NCBI GenBank assembly: GCA_963771605.1
Contig: CAVYUA010000003.1
Coordinates: 326,884 to 390,883 of the forward strand
Reading direction: 5' to 3'
DNA: 64,000 nt
From: Vulcanimicrobiota bacterium
Lineage (GTDB): Bacteria > Vulcanimicrobiota > Vulcanimicrobiia > Vulcanimicrobiales > Vulcanimicrobiaceae
Position 1 is the stretch's first letter. Every line of letters begins with the position of its first letter. The position numbers and the translations under genes were made by a program. Under the pieces are notes generated by a model. It saw only the letters and a program-made list of their open reading frames with translations, ran no database searches and was not told the DNA's origin. This document shows, piece after piece, positions 36,860 to 45,224 of this stretch.

Positions 36860-37834
36860 TTATACCAGCGTGCGGCGCACGGTCTCGACGATGCGCTCGA
36901 CCGACGGCCGCGCCCGGTCTTCGAGCGCTTCGGCCGCGGGCAGCGGCGCGTGCGGCGTGGTGATGCGCACGATCGGCGCATCGAGGTCCCAGAACGCTTC
37001 CTCGGCTACGATCGAGACGATCTCCGCGCCCCAGCCGCACAGGCGCGGGTTCTCTTCGACCGTGTATAAACGGCCGGTCGCGATCGTCTCGCGCAAGATC
37101 GTTTGCGTATCGAGCGGCACGAGCGAACGCACGTCGACGACGGTCGCGCTGATGCCGTCACGGGCCAGCCGTTCGGCCGCTTCCACCGCGCGCGGCACCA
37201 TCGCCGCGAGCGCGAGGATCGTGCAGTCGTTGCCCGTGCGCAAGACTTTGGCCGTGCCGAGCGTGTCGACCAGCTCACCGTCGGGCACCTCGCCTTTGAC
37301 CGGATAGAGTTCTTTCGCTTCGAAGAACATCACCGGATCCGGATCGCGAATCGCAGCCGCGAGCAAGCCCTTCACGTCGGCGGCCGACGACGGCGCGACG
37401 ACTTTCAGGCCCGGAACCGCCATGGCCCAGTTCTCGACCGCTTGCGAGTGCTGCGCGCCGAAGCGCAAGCCGCCGCCGTTGGCCGTGCGCACGACGAGCG
37501 GCAGCGAAACCTGTCCGCCGCTCATGTAGCGCATTTTCGCCATTTGGTTGGCCGGGAGATCCCAGCACACGGCGAGGAAATCCGAGAACATGATCTCGGC
37601 GATCGGCCGCAGACCGGTCATCGCGGCGCCCATCGCCGCGCCGAGGATCGCCATCTCCGAGATCGGCGTGTCGCGCACGCGCGTCGGCCCGAACCGTTCG
37701 AGCAAACCGACGGTGGCCTTGAACACGCCGCCCGCGCCGCCGATGTCCTCGCCCAGAAACACGACGTTCTCATCGCGTTCCATCTCTTGCGCGATGGCCG
37801 ACGCGACGGCATCGCGATAGGTTAGTTCCGCCAC
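36860..37834 (-). CDS. 2-oxoacid (pyruvate/acetoin/branched-chain) dehydrogenase E1 component, beta subunit
   Basis: 324 aa. MAELTYRDAVASAIAQEMERDENVVFLGEDIG...VRDTPISE is the typical transketolase-like E1-beta. Confidence 0.9.
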   Translation of the reverse strand: MAELTYRDAVASAIAQEMERDENVVFLGEDIGGAGGVFKATVGLLERFGPTRVRDTPISEMAILGAAMGAAMTGLRPIAEIMFSDFLAVCWDLPANQMAKMRYMSGGQVSLPLVVRTANGGGLRFGAQHSQAVENWAMAVPGLKVVAPSSAADVKGLLAAAIRDPDPVMFFEAKELYPVKGEVPDGELVDTLGTAKVLRTGNDCTILALAAMVPRAVEAAERLARDGISATVVDVRSLVPLDTQTILRETIATGRLYTVEENPRLCGWGAEIVSIVAEEAFWDLDAPIVRITTPHAPLPAAEALEDRARPSVERIVETVRRTLV

Positions 37835-38826
37835 GTCGAGGTTCCGTCGGCCCAGGTGTCGGTTTCGATCTCATCGACGCTCGGCAGCGGCCCGTTCTTG
37901 GCGGCTTCGGTCGCGGCGTCGATCTCGGCCATCGCCGCCGTTTCGATCGTCGCGAGCGTCGCCTCGTCGACGCCGTCGGCCAACAGGCGCGCGCGGTACA
38001 TCGGCAGCGGATCGCGTTTGAGCCATTCCGCGACTTCGGCATCGGGGCGGTACTTGGCCGGATCGGCGCGCGAGTGGCCGCCGTGGCGGTACGTCAGCGC
38101 CTCGATCAACGAGGGGCCCTCGCCGCGGCGCGCGCGCTCGTACGCCGTTTCGGCGACCAGATAGCACGCGTCGGCATCGTTGCCGTCGACCACGATCGGT
38201 TCCAGTCCGTACGATGCGGCGCGATCCGCCGCCGGACGCTTCACTGCGGTGACCTCGCCGATCGCCGTATACTCCATGTAGAGGTTGTTCTCGCACACGA
38301 ACACGACCGGCAGTTTCCACACGGCGGCGAGGTTCAACGCTTCGTGAAAGGCGCCGATGTTGGTGGTGCCGTCGCCGAAGAAGCACACCGATACCTGTTG
38401 CGTCTTCTTGTACTGCGAGGTCCAGCCCGCGCCGAGCGCGATGCACAACTGCGCGCCGATGATCGCGTACGATCCCATCGCGTACTTCTCGGCCTCGCCC
38501 AAATGCATCGACCCGCCCTTGCCTTTGAGGACGCCGTTCGCGCGGCCGAGCAGCTCCGCCATGCAGCCGGCCATGCTGACGCCGCGCGCGATCGTGTGGT
38601 TGTGACCGCGATAGGTGCAGAACGTCCAGTCGTCACGCCGCATCGCCGTCGCGAAGCCGGCGCCGACCGCTTCCTGACCGAGCGCGAGATGACTCGTGCC
38701 CTTGACCAGGTTCTGCAAGAACAAATCGTAGGCGCGTTTTTCGAACACACGCAACCGGTATTGCAGTTCGTACATCGCGATGCGCGTCTGGCGCGCGATC
38801 GGCGGCTTGACCAGTGTTTCACTCAT
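37822..38826 (-). CDS. 2-oxoacid dehydrogenase E1 component, alpha subunit (TPP-binding)
   Basis: 334 aa from MSETLVKPP. TPP motif GDGTTNIGAFHEALNLAAVWKLPVVFVCENN. Its ATG overlaps the M24 gene stop (ATGA). Confidence 0.9.
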   Translation of the reverse strand: MSETLVKPPIARQTRIAMYELQYRLRVFEKRAYDLFLQNLVKGTSHLALGQEAVGAGFATAMRRDDWTFCTYRGHNHTIARGVSMAGCMAELLGRANGVLKGKGGSMHLGEAEKYAMGSYAIIGAQLCIALGAGWTSQYKKTQQVSVCFFGDGTTNIGAFHEALNLAAVWKLPVVFVCENNLYMEYTAIGEVTAVKRPAADRAASYGLEPIVVDGNDADACYLVAETAYERARRGEGPSLIEALTYRHGGHSRADPAKYRPDAEVAEWLKRDPLPMYRARLLADGVDEATLATIETAAMAEIDAATEAAKNGPLPSVDEIETDTWADGTSTWRN

Positions 38827-40100
38827 CTCGGCTGCCCTCCGTAATCGTAGGCGTTGGCGATGAAGAGTTCTTGCGCCGGGAAGCGCGTGATGATTTTCGG
38901 CCCGGCCGACGTCACGACGATCTCTTCTTCGATCCGCGCGGCCGAGAAGCCGTCCTTCGCCGGACAGTACGTCTCGAGCGCAAAGACCATGCCTTCTTTG
39001 ATTTCGCTGGGGTGCTCGATCGAGTTCAGGCGCGAGATCACCGGCCGCTCGTGCAGATGCAGTCCAAGGCCGTGCCCGAACTGCAAACCGAAGGCTTCCA
39101 TTTCGCTCGAGAACCCGAACTCTTCGGCCTTGGGCCACGCGCGCGCAACTTCGTCGGTCATCACGCCCGGCCGGATCAGATCGATCGAGCGGTCGATCCA
39201 CTCGCGGCACAACTTGTAGGCGTCTTTTTGCGCCGGCGTCGCGAAGCCCACGCTGAACGTGCGGTAATAGCACGTGCGGTAGCCGTTGAAGGCCGACATG
39301 ATGTCGAAGAACGCCTGATCGCCCGGCCGGATGATGCGGTCGCTGAAATTGTGCGGGTGCGGATTGCAGCGCTCGCCCGAAACGGCGTTGATCGATTCAA
39401 CGTCGTCGGAACCGAGCTCGTAGAGCCGCTTGGTGGCCAGCGCCACGATCTCGTTTTCTTTCACGCCCGGCTTGAGCGCCTCGACGATATCCTGATAGGT
39501 GCCGTCGACCATCGCGGCCGACGTCGAGAGCAGCATGATCTCATCGTAGGACTTGATCTCGCGCGCATCGTGCATGACTTGCTGGCCGTCCTGGATCGTC
39601 ACGCCCAGCTTCTGCAGCTCGAACCACAGCGGCGGCTCGACGTAATCGAGCCCGAGCGGCATCTTTTCCACGCCGGCCTCGAGCAAGAGCGAGTAGATCT
39701 GCTGGGCCGCTTTTTCGAACAGCCCGGCCTCGGGCGTGATCGCGCCGCGCAGGCCGGTGAGCCCGGCGTAGATGTCCTTATCGTCGATCCAGGGACAGAA
39801 CATCCGGTGGTGCTTGGCGGCCGAGCCGAAGTCCCACACCATCGGACCGCTGGTGCGCGTCAGCAGCGCGTAGCGCGTCATCTTGTCGCGCGACCACTCG
39901 CCGATCGCCGTCGAGGTCACGTAGCGAATGTTGTTGACGTCGAACAGCAGCAGCGCGCCGAGGGGTGAGGCGTCGAGCGCCTTGCGCGCCCGGGCGAGCC
40001 GGTACTTCCGCAGGCGGTCGTAATCGACGCGCTCCTCGGTGTCGACGCCCATCTGGCCGGGCGAAGGGATGGGGCGGTTCGGGTCCAGGCCCTCGATCAT
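38823..40100 (-). CDS. M24-family (creatinase/prolidase/DddP-like) hydrolase with an atypical metal-ligand set
   Basis: 425 aa from MIEGLDPNRP. Pita-bread core: AFFDIMSAFNGYRTCYYRTF aligns with the prolidase/PepP block D-x10-D-x-T-R-T, but the second Asp is Cys. HGLGLHLHE, FALETY and RIEEEIVVT ligand contexts are present. Confidence 0.75.
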   Translation of the reverse strand: MIEGLDPNRPIPSPGQMGVDTEERVDYDRLRKYRLARARKALDASPLGALLLFDVNNIRYVTSTAIGEWSRDKMTRYALLTRTSGPMVWDFGSAAKHHRMFCPWIDDKDIYAGLTGLRGAITPEAGLFEKAAQQIYSLLLEAGVEKMPLGLDYVEPPLWFELQKLGVTIQDGQQVMHDAREIKSYDEIMLLSTSAAMVDGTYQDIVEALKPGVKENEIVALATKRLYELGSDDVESINAVSGERCNPHPHNFSDRIIRPGDQAFFDIMSAFNGYRTCYYRTFSVGFATPAQKDAYKLCREWIDRSIDLIRPGVMTDEVARAWPKAEEFGFSSEMEAFGLQFGHGLGLHLHERPVISRLNSIEHPSEIKEGMVFALETYCPAKDGFSAARIEEEIVVTSAGPKIITRFPAQELFIANAYDYGGQPR

Positions 40101-40117
40101 AGGCGGAACTTTCTTTC

Positions 40118-40131
40118 TGTAATCGATTTCA
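40118..40131. promoter_or_regulatory. LacI-family operator TGTAATCGATTTCA upstream of the M24/dehydrogenase/Liv operon
   Basis: Fits the LacI/PurR-type consensus TGnAAnCGnTTnCA. It lies 18-31 nt upstream of the start at 40100. Near-identical to the site at 41176-41189. Confidence 0.6.
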
Positions 40132-40155
40132 CGATACGCCGCCCCCCGGCCATTG

Positions 40156-41163
40156 TCATCCCGCACGGGGCGGGGCGGTTGAGGCCCGCACGATCAGGTG
40201 CCCGCTGAAGCGCAGGGTGGTCGGCGGCCGCTCCGCGGCGGCGGGTTCGGCGAGCCGCGAGGTCACGAGTTCCACCGCCACCAGCGCCATCTCCCGCAGC
40301 GGTAAGCCGTAGCACGTCAGCGGCGGGTTCTGCGCGGCGTACCACTCCGGATCCTCGAACGCCACGAGCGAGACGTCCGCCGGAACGGCGGCGCCCAGAT
40401 CCTTGAGCGCACGCAGGACGCCGACCGTCAGCGGGCCGGCGCTGGAAAAGATCGCCGTCGGGCGCGGCTCGCGAGCCAGCAGGTCCCGTGCCGCCGCGTA
40501 GCCGTGTGCGGGCGTGTAGGGTCCGCGCTCGATCCGCGCCGCGAGGCCGGCGCCGCGCATCACCTCGCGATAGCCGGCGACGCGGTAGCGGGTGGTGGAG
40601 AGCGCTTCGGGTCCGGCGATCATCGCGATGCGCCGGTGACCCGCCGCCACGAGGTGGGCCGTGAGGGCGACGGCGCCTTCGCGGTCGTCGGAGACGATCG
40701 CATCGTAGGCGCCGTCCTCGGTGTGGCGCAGCAGCTCGACGACCGGGATGCGCTTGGGGGCCGACACCAGGCCCCGCGCGCCGGTCGGGGTCGAGGGCAC
40801 GTACACGATCGCGTCGACCCGGAACTCGGCCAGCGTGCGCAGGTAGGAGCGGTCGCTCTCGGCCGCGTTGTTGCTGATGCACAGCAGCAGCCGGTAGCCC
40901 CGCTCCTCGAACGCCCCTTGGAGCACGCTGGCCGTTTCGGCGTAGAAGTCGTTGCGGATGTCGGGCACGATCAAGCCGACCGTCATCGTCTGCTTCGCGC
41001 GCAGTGCCCGGGCGAGAGCGTTCGGCCGGTAGCCCAGCGCGTGGGCGGCGGCGACGACTCGGGCCCGGGTCTCGTCGTCGACGTAGCGCTGACCGCTCAG
41101 CGCGCGCGACACCGTCGCCGGCGACAGCCCGGCACTCAGCGCAACGTCGCGCAGCGTGGCCAT
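40156..41163 (-). CDS. LacI-family transcriptional regulator
   Basis: 335 aa from MATLRDVALSAGLSPATVSRALSG (HTH), followed by a periplasmic-binding-protein-like sugar-binding fold. The ORF-track extensions upstream are artefacts. Confidence 0.9.
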   Translation of the reverse strand: MATLRDVALSAGLSPATVSRALSGQRYVDDETRARVVAAAHALGYRPNALARALRAKQTMTVGLIVPDIRNDFYAETASVLQGAFEERGYRLLLCISNNAAESDRSYLRTLAEFRVDAIVYVPSTPTGARGLVSAPKRIPVVELLRHTEDGAYDAIVSDDREGAVALTAHLVAAGHRRIAMIAGPEALSTTRYRVAGYREVMRGAGLAARIERGPYTPAHGYAAARDLLAREPRPTAIFSSAGPLTVGVLRALKDLGAAVPADVSLVAFEDPEWYAAQNPPLTCYGLPLREMALVAVELVTSRLAEPAAAERPPTTLRFSGHLIVRASTAPPRAG

Positions 41164-41175
41164 GCCGTTCGTTTC

Positions 41176-41189
41176 TGAAATCGATTGCA
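41176..41189. promoter_or_regulatory. LacI-family operator TGAAATCGATTGCA in the lacI / DMT-transporter divergent intergenic region
   Basis: Core AATCGATT is identical to the site at 40118-40131. It lies 13 nt upstream of the lacI start and about 40 nt upstream of the DMT gene start. Confidence 0.6.
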
Positions 41190-41227
41190 GAAATCCCGCA
41201 ATGGACGGCACGTGCAACTGGCTCCGC

Positions 41228-42139
41228 ATGCCGAGTTTCCTGAAACACGTGAAAAACCGGGCCGCCGTCATCGCCATCGGGGCGCTGGCGCTCGTGTGGG
41301 GCTGCAACTGGGTCGTCATCAAAATCGCCACCGGCGGCGCCTCGCCGTTCGTGCTGGTCGCGATCCGGATGGTGCTCGGCGCGATCGCGCTCTTCGCCGT
41401 CTCGGCGCTGGCGCGGCGCTCGCTGAAATCGCCGCCGGCCGGACCGACCGCGCTGATCGGGTTCTTCCAGGTCGGCCTGATGACCACGCTCCAGACGCTC
41501 GCGCTCGCTACCGGTGGTGCGGGCAAGACCACGGTGCTCGTCTACACCTTTCCGTTCTGGATCGCGCTGCTCTCGGTCGTGATGCTCGACGAACGCTTCA
41601 CCCGCGTCCGGCTGACCGCCGTACTGTTGGCGGCCGCGGGCCTGGGCTTCGTGCTCTACCCGCTCGATTTCGGCCACGACATCCTGAGCAAGGCCTTCGC
41701 CGTCGCCTCGGCGCTGTCGTGGGCGCTCGGCTCAGTGTTCACCAAGCAATTCCGGGCCCGGCACGACGTCGATCTGCTGCCGTTCACGGCCTGGCAGATG
41801 GCCTACGGCGCCGTCCCGGTCGTGATCATCGCGCTGCTCGTGCCGGGCGGCTACGTGCACTTCACGCCGTCGTTCATCGCGGCGCTGGCCTACATCGTGA
41901 TTCCCGGAACGGCGCTGGCCTTCTGGCTGTGGTTCTTCATCATGGAACGCCTCTCGGCGACGACCGCCGGCATCTCATCGCTGCTAACACCGGTCGTCAG
42001 CATCATCGCCGCCTGGATCCAGCTCCACGAACAGCCCGGCATTCCGGAGCTGATCGGTATGGCGCTGATCGTGCTCGCGCTCATCATCAACAGCGAGCTA
42101 ATCCGGATACCGGCGGCGCGCCGGCGACACGCGGTCTAG
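41228..42139 (+). CDS. DMT-superfamily (EamA-like) transporter
   Basis: 303 aa from MPSFLKHVKNRAAVIAIGALALVWGCNWVVIK, with ten predicted TM segments in two EamA repeats. Confidence 0.8.
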   Translation: MPSFLKHVKNRAAVIAIGALALVWGCNWVVIKIATGGASPFVLVAIRMVLGAIALFAVSALARRSLKSPPAGPTALIGFFQVGLMTTLQTLALATGGAGKTTVLVYTFPFWIALLSVVMLDERFTRVRLTAVLLAAAGLGFVLYPLDFGHDILSKAFAVASALSWALGSVFTKQFRARHDVDLLPFTAWQMAYGAVPVVIIALLVPGGYVHFTPSFIAALAYIVIPGTALAFWLWFFIMERLSATTAGISSLLTPVVSIIAAWIQLHEQPGIPELIGMALIVLALIINSELIRIPAARRRHAV

Positions 42140-43281
42140 AGCGAGCGGTACGTGGCCGCGATCAGGGCCTCACAACGTTCGCCCAGCCCGCTGCCGGGGC
42201 TCAGCGCGTTCATCGTGTAGCTGAACGACAGGCCGGCATCGGGGTCGGCGAATGCGACCGGGCCGCCGGCACCCGAGTGACCGAAGGCATTCCGGTTGGG
42301 TCCGATCGCGAGGTAGCTGCCGCTGTTGAGGAACACGCCCATCCCCATCCGGTAGGGCCGATCGGTAAGACCGCACACCTGATCCCACTGTTCGCTCTGC
42401 AACGCGGCAACGGATTCGGGTTGCAGCACACGCCGGTCATCGAGTTGCCCATCATTTGCCAGCGCCGCATAGAGCCGCGCCAACGTGCGTGCGTTGGTGT
42501 GACCGCCGGCTTGCGAGCGCGCGCGCCGCGCGTCGTTCGGCCCGATGCCCGGCGCCACGCGCCACGCGCGCGCAAGCTTCGTCTGGGCGTTGCCGATCGA
42601 CGAAAACGTTTCGTTCTTCGGGTTCGGGACGATCGGGCTGATGCGCCGGTTCGTCTCATCGTCCACACCGATGACGTAGTCGAGATCGAGCGGGGCGGCG
42701 AAGCGCCGCGCAAAAATGCCGGTGTACGTCTCGCCCGTCGTGCGACGGACCAGTTCGCCGAGCAGGTGCCAGTACGTGCACGAGTGGTAGGCGCCCTGTG
42801 TGCCGGGCGTCCACTCGGGCCGTTGCGCGGCCAGCGCCGTCGCCATTGCCGCCCAATCCCAAAAACTGCCGGCGTCGGCTTGGTCGGCGAATGGCAAACC
42901 CGCATGATGCGAGACGAGCTGACGGACGGTAACGTGCTCTTTGCCGGCCGCTCCGAACTCCGGCCAGTACGCGGCGACGGGCGTGTCGTAAGCGAGCACG
43001 CCCTCTTCGACCAGCGCATGTACGCTCAACGCCAGGCACGATTTCGTGATGCTCATGACATTGGAAATCGTGTCCGGCGTCCACACGCGCGAGCGCTCGG
43101 CGTCGAAGAAACCGCCCCAGAGATCGACCACCTTCGTGCCGTTGAGGTACACGCACACCGCGGCCCCGAGTTCACCGCGTTCCGTGAAGTTCTGCGCGAA
43201 CGCGTCTTTCACGGCCCGGAAGCGGTCGTCGAACGTGCCGAACTGCGGGTGCGTCACCGGAGGCTTATGCTCGGCGAACAC
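42136..43281 (-). CDS. Serine hydrolase, beta-lactamase/transpeptidase-like (class C / esterase family)
   Basis: 381 aa with the S-x-x-K nucleophile motif in VMSITKSCLAL, plus FGHSGAGG near the C-terminus. Confidence 0.8.
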   Translation of the reverse strand: MFAEHKPPVTHPQFGTFDDRFRAVKDAFAQNFTERGELGAAVCVYLNGTKVVDLWGGFFDAERSRVWTPDTISNVMSITKSCLALSVHALVEEGVLAYDTPVAAYWPEFGAAGKEHVTVRQLVSHHAGLPFADQADAGSFWDWAAMATALAAQRPEWTPGTQGAYHSCTYWHLLGELVRRTTGETYTGIFARRFAAPLDLDYVIGVDDETNRRISPIVPNPKNETFSSIGNAQTKLARAWRVAPGIGPNDARRARSQAGGHTNARTLARLYAALANDGQLDDRRVLQPESVAALQSEQWDQVCGLTDRPYRMGMGVFLNSGSYLAIGPNRNAFGHSGAGGPVAFADPDAGLSFSYTMNALSPGSGLGERCEALIAATYRSL

Positions 43282-43292
43282 CCGGAGCAGCG

Positions 43293-43895
43293 CTATTCCG
43301 CGGCCGTGAGTGTTGACGGGAAGTCAAAACGATAGCCGAGGTCCTCGAATTTCTTGACGTATTGCGGGTCGATGCCGGCGATCTCGTCACTGATGCTGCT
43401 CGTGAACCCAACGTCTTCCATGTCTTCGACACCACCGCTGATCACCACTTGCAGAAAAGCCTCTTCGTTGCTGACGTTCGTGAAGCAGCGGTACACCCGC
43501 GGCGGCACCGAGAGCGTGTCGAAGGGTTCGAGGGTGACTTTGTGACGGCCGTCTTCGGCGAGCAGAAATTCGAACGTGCCGGTTAACACCGTGAACGTTT
43601 CGAACGTGTCGCGATGCACGTGCAGGCATGGTCCGGTGCCCGGCGGACACGCAGCGATGACCATCGTCATACCGGCGGCTCCTTCGATTGGAGCGGTACG
43701 GCCGAAAACGGTCCGTACGTCTCCGCCGACGCCGATCACCGGCATCAGGCGGCGCGCCCATACGATATCCGCGACGTCTTGCGGAAATTCCTTACTCGAC
43801 TGACTCTCCATCGGTATGAGTTTGCTGAATCGGGCGATGCGGCTCTGCACCTCATCTGCGGTGAGTTCGGTGACGGCGAAGGGCGACGATGACAT
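43293..43895 (-). CDS. Cupin-domain protein
   Basis: 200 aa from MSSSPFAVTEL (AAAGGA Shine-Dalgarno upstream). Cupin motifs GPCLHVHRDTFETF and LSVPPRVYRCFTN. The upstream portion of the ORF-track ORF is an artefact. Confidence 0.7.
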   Translation of the reverse strand: MSSSPFAVTELTADEVQSRIARFSKLIPMESQSSKEFPQDVADIVWARRLMPVIGVGGDVRTVFGRTAPIEGAAGMTMVIAACPPGTGPCLHVHRDTFETFTVLTGTFEFLLAEDGRHKVTLEPFDTLSVPPRVYRCFTNVSNEEAFLQVVISGGVEDMEDVGFTSSISDEIAGIDPQYVKKFEDLGYRFDFPSTLTAAE

Positions 43896-43909
43896 GGAGA
43901 TGATCCTTT

Positions 43910-45223
43910 CTAGGATTGAGAAACGCGCAACGTGCGCGAGGCGATCGCGGCGTGAATGATGCCCCAGAGCGCGAATGGAGCAGTGGCGATCAGTCCCCAG
44001 CGCAGCGCATCGGCGCTGCCGATGAGGGGATGCAAGAGATCGCTGATCGCACCGATGTAAAAAGGTCCGAAACCGGTACCGATGAGTGACTGCGCCAGGA
44101 TGACGATGGCCATCGCCGACGCGATCAAGCGACTCGGTACGGTGGCCGTGACCTCCGTAACCAGCGGCGCATTTGCCAGCCCGCGTATCAGCGTCCCGAG
44201 AAACGAGCAGGCCAGCGAACCGCCGAGTGAGGGAACGATGAACGCCAGTAGTGCGACCGGTTGACCGATGGCAAGTCCGAGGATGACCTGCCGCATGAGC
44301 CAGCGCGGGTGCGAACGGTAAAATTTGTCGGAGATGAACCCGCCGCCGATCATTCCGATGAGGGCCCCGAGGCCGGTGGTGAGGGCGAGCATCCAGCCGG
44401 TATGCGACGGATCGAGCGAAAACTGGCGCTGGTAGAAAGCCGGGCTCCACTGCGACTGGCCATAGAGTACGAAACCGTTGAGGACGAACGCGATGACGAG
44501 GTGCGTGAAATTCGGTATGCGGAAGAGCGTCTTCCAAACAGCGGCGAGCGACGCATCGGCCGCCGGGATTGCGTCCGCCCCGCCGCGGCGCTGATTGCCC
44601 CGCAATGCGTAGGAGATGACGGGGGCCAGGAGGATGCCGGGCAGCGCCACGACCACGAACGTGAGCCGCCACCCGATCAGTTGCGCGAGCGCTCCGCCGA
44701 CGGCGAAACCGACGACGACCCCCGATCCGATGCCCGCGATGAACAATCCGATCGGAAGCGAACGCCGATGCGGTTCATAGTTATCGGAAATGTAAGAATA
44801 GGTGGAGGGGGAGAGCCCGCCTTCCCCGATACCGACGAAGATCCGGGCGCCGAACAGCTGCGCGAACGATTGCGCCGCGCCGCAGGACGCCGTAGCCAGC
44901 GTCCAAGCCGCGATGCTCCCGGCGAGCACGGCCCGCCGCCATCCGCGCTCCGCATAACGGGCCAAGGGCACCGCAGCAATGGCATTGCAGATCGTGAACG
45001 CGAACCCAATGAGGATGCCGATTTGCGTGTCGGAGAGCGCGAGCTCGTGCTTGATCGGTTGAACGAGGATCGCCAACACGAACCGGTCGACACCGCCCAA
45101 TAGTGCCGCGAGCGCCAGCAGGATGACGACGAACGATGCACTCGATCGTCCGGACGGACGCTCGTTCTCCGCGCGCTCGGCCATCGTCATGGGTGCAGTA
45201 ACCACGATATCTCCGGTGCGCAT
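43910..45223 (-). CDS. MFS transporter
   Basis: 437 aa with about 12 TM segments (LLGGVDRFVLAILVQPIKHEL, GARIFVGIGEGG). The ATG at 45223 lies 1 nt after the TonB-receptor stop. An alternative start is at 45190. Confidence 0.8.
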   Translation of the reverse strand: MRTGDIVVTAPMTMAERAENERPSGRSSASFVVILLALAALLGGVDRFVLAILVQPIKHELALSDTQIGILIGFAFTICNAIAAVPLARYAERGWRRAVLAGSIAAWTLATASCGAAQSFAQLFGARIFVGIGEGGLSPSTYSYISDNYEPHRRSLPIGLFIAGIGSGVVVGFAVGGALAQLIGWRLTFVVVALPGILLAPVISYALRGNQRRGGADAIPAADASLAAVWKTLFRIPNFTHLVIAFVLNGFVLYGQSQWSPAFYQRQFSLDPSHTGWMLALTTGLGALIGMIGGGFISDKFYRSHPRWLMRQVILGLAIGQPVALLAFIVPSLGGSLACSFLGTLIRGLANAPLVTEVTATVPSRLIASAMAIVILAQSLIGTGFGPFYIGAISDLLHPLIGSADALRWGLIATAPFALWGIIHAAIASRTLRVSQS

Positions 45224-45224
45224 C

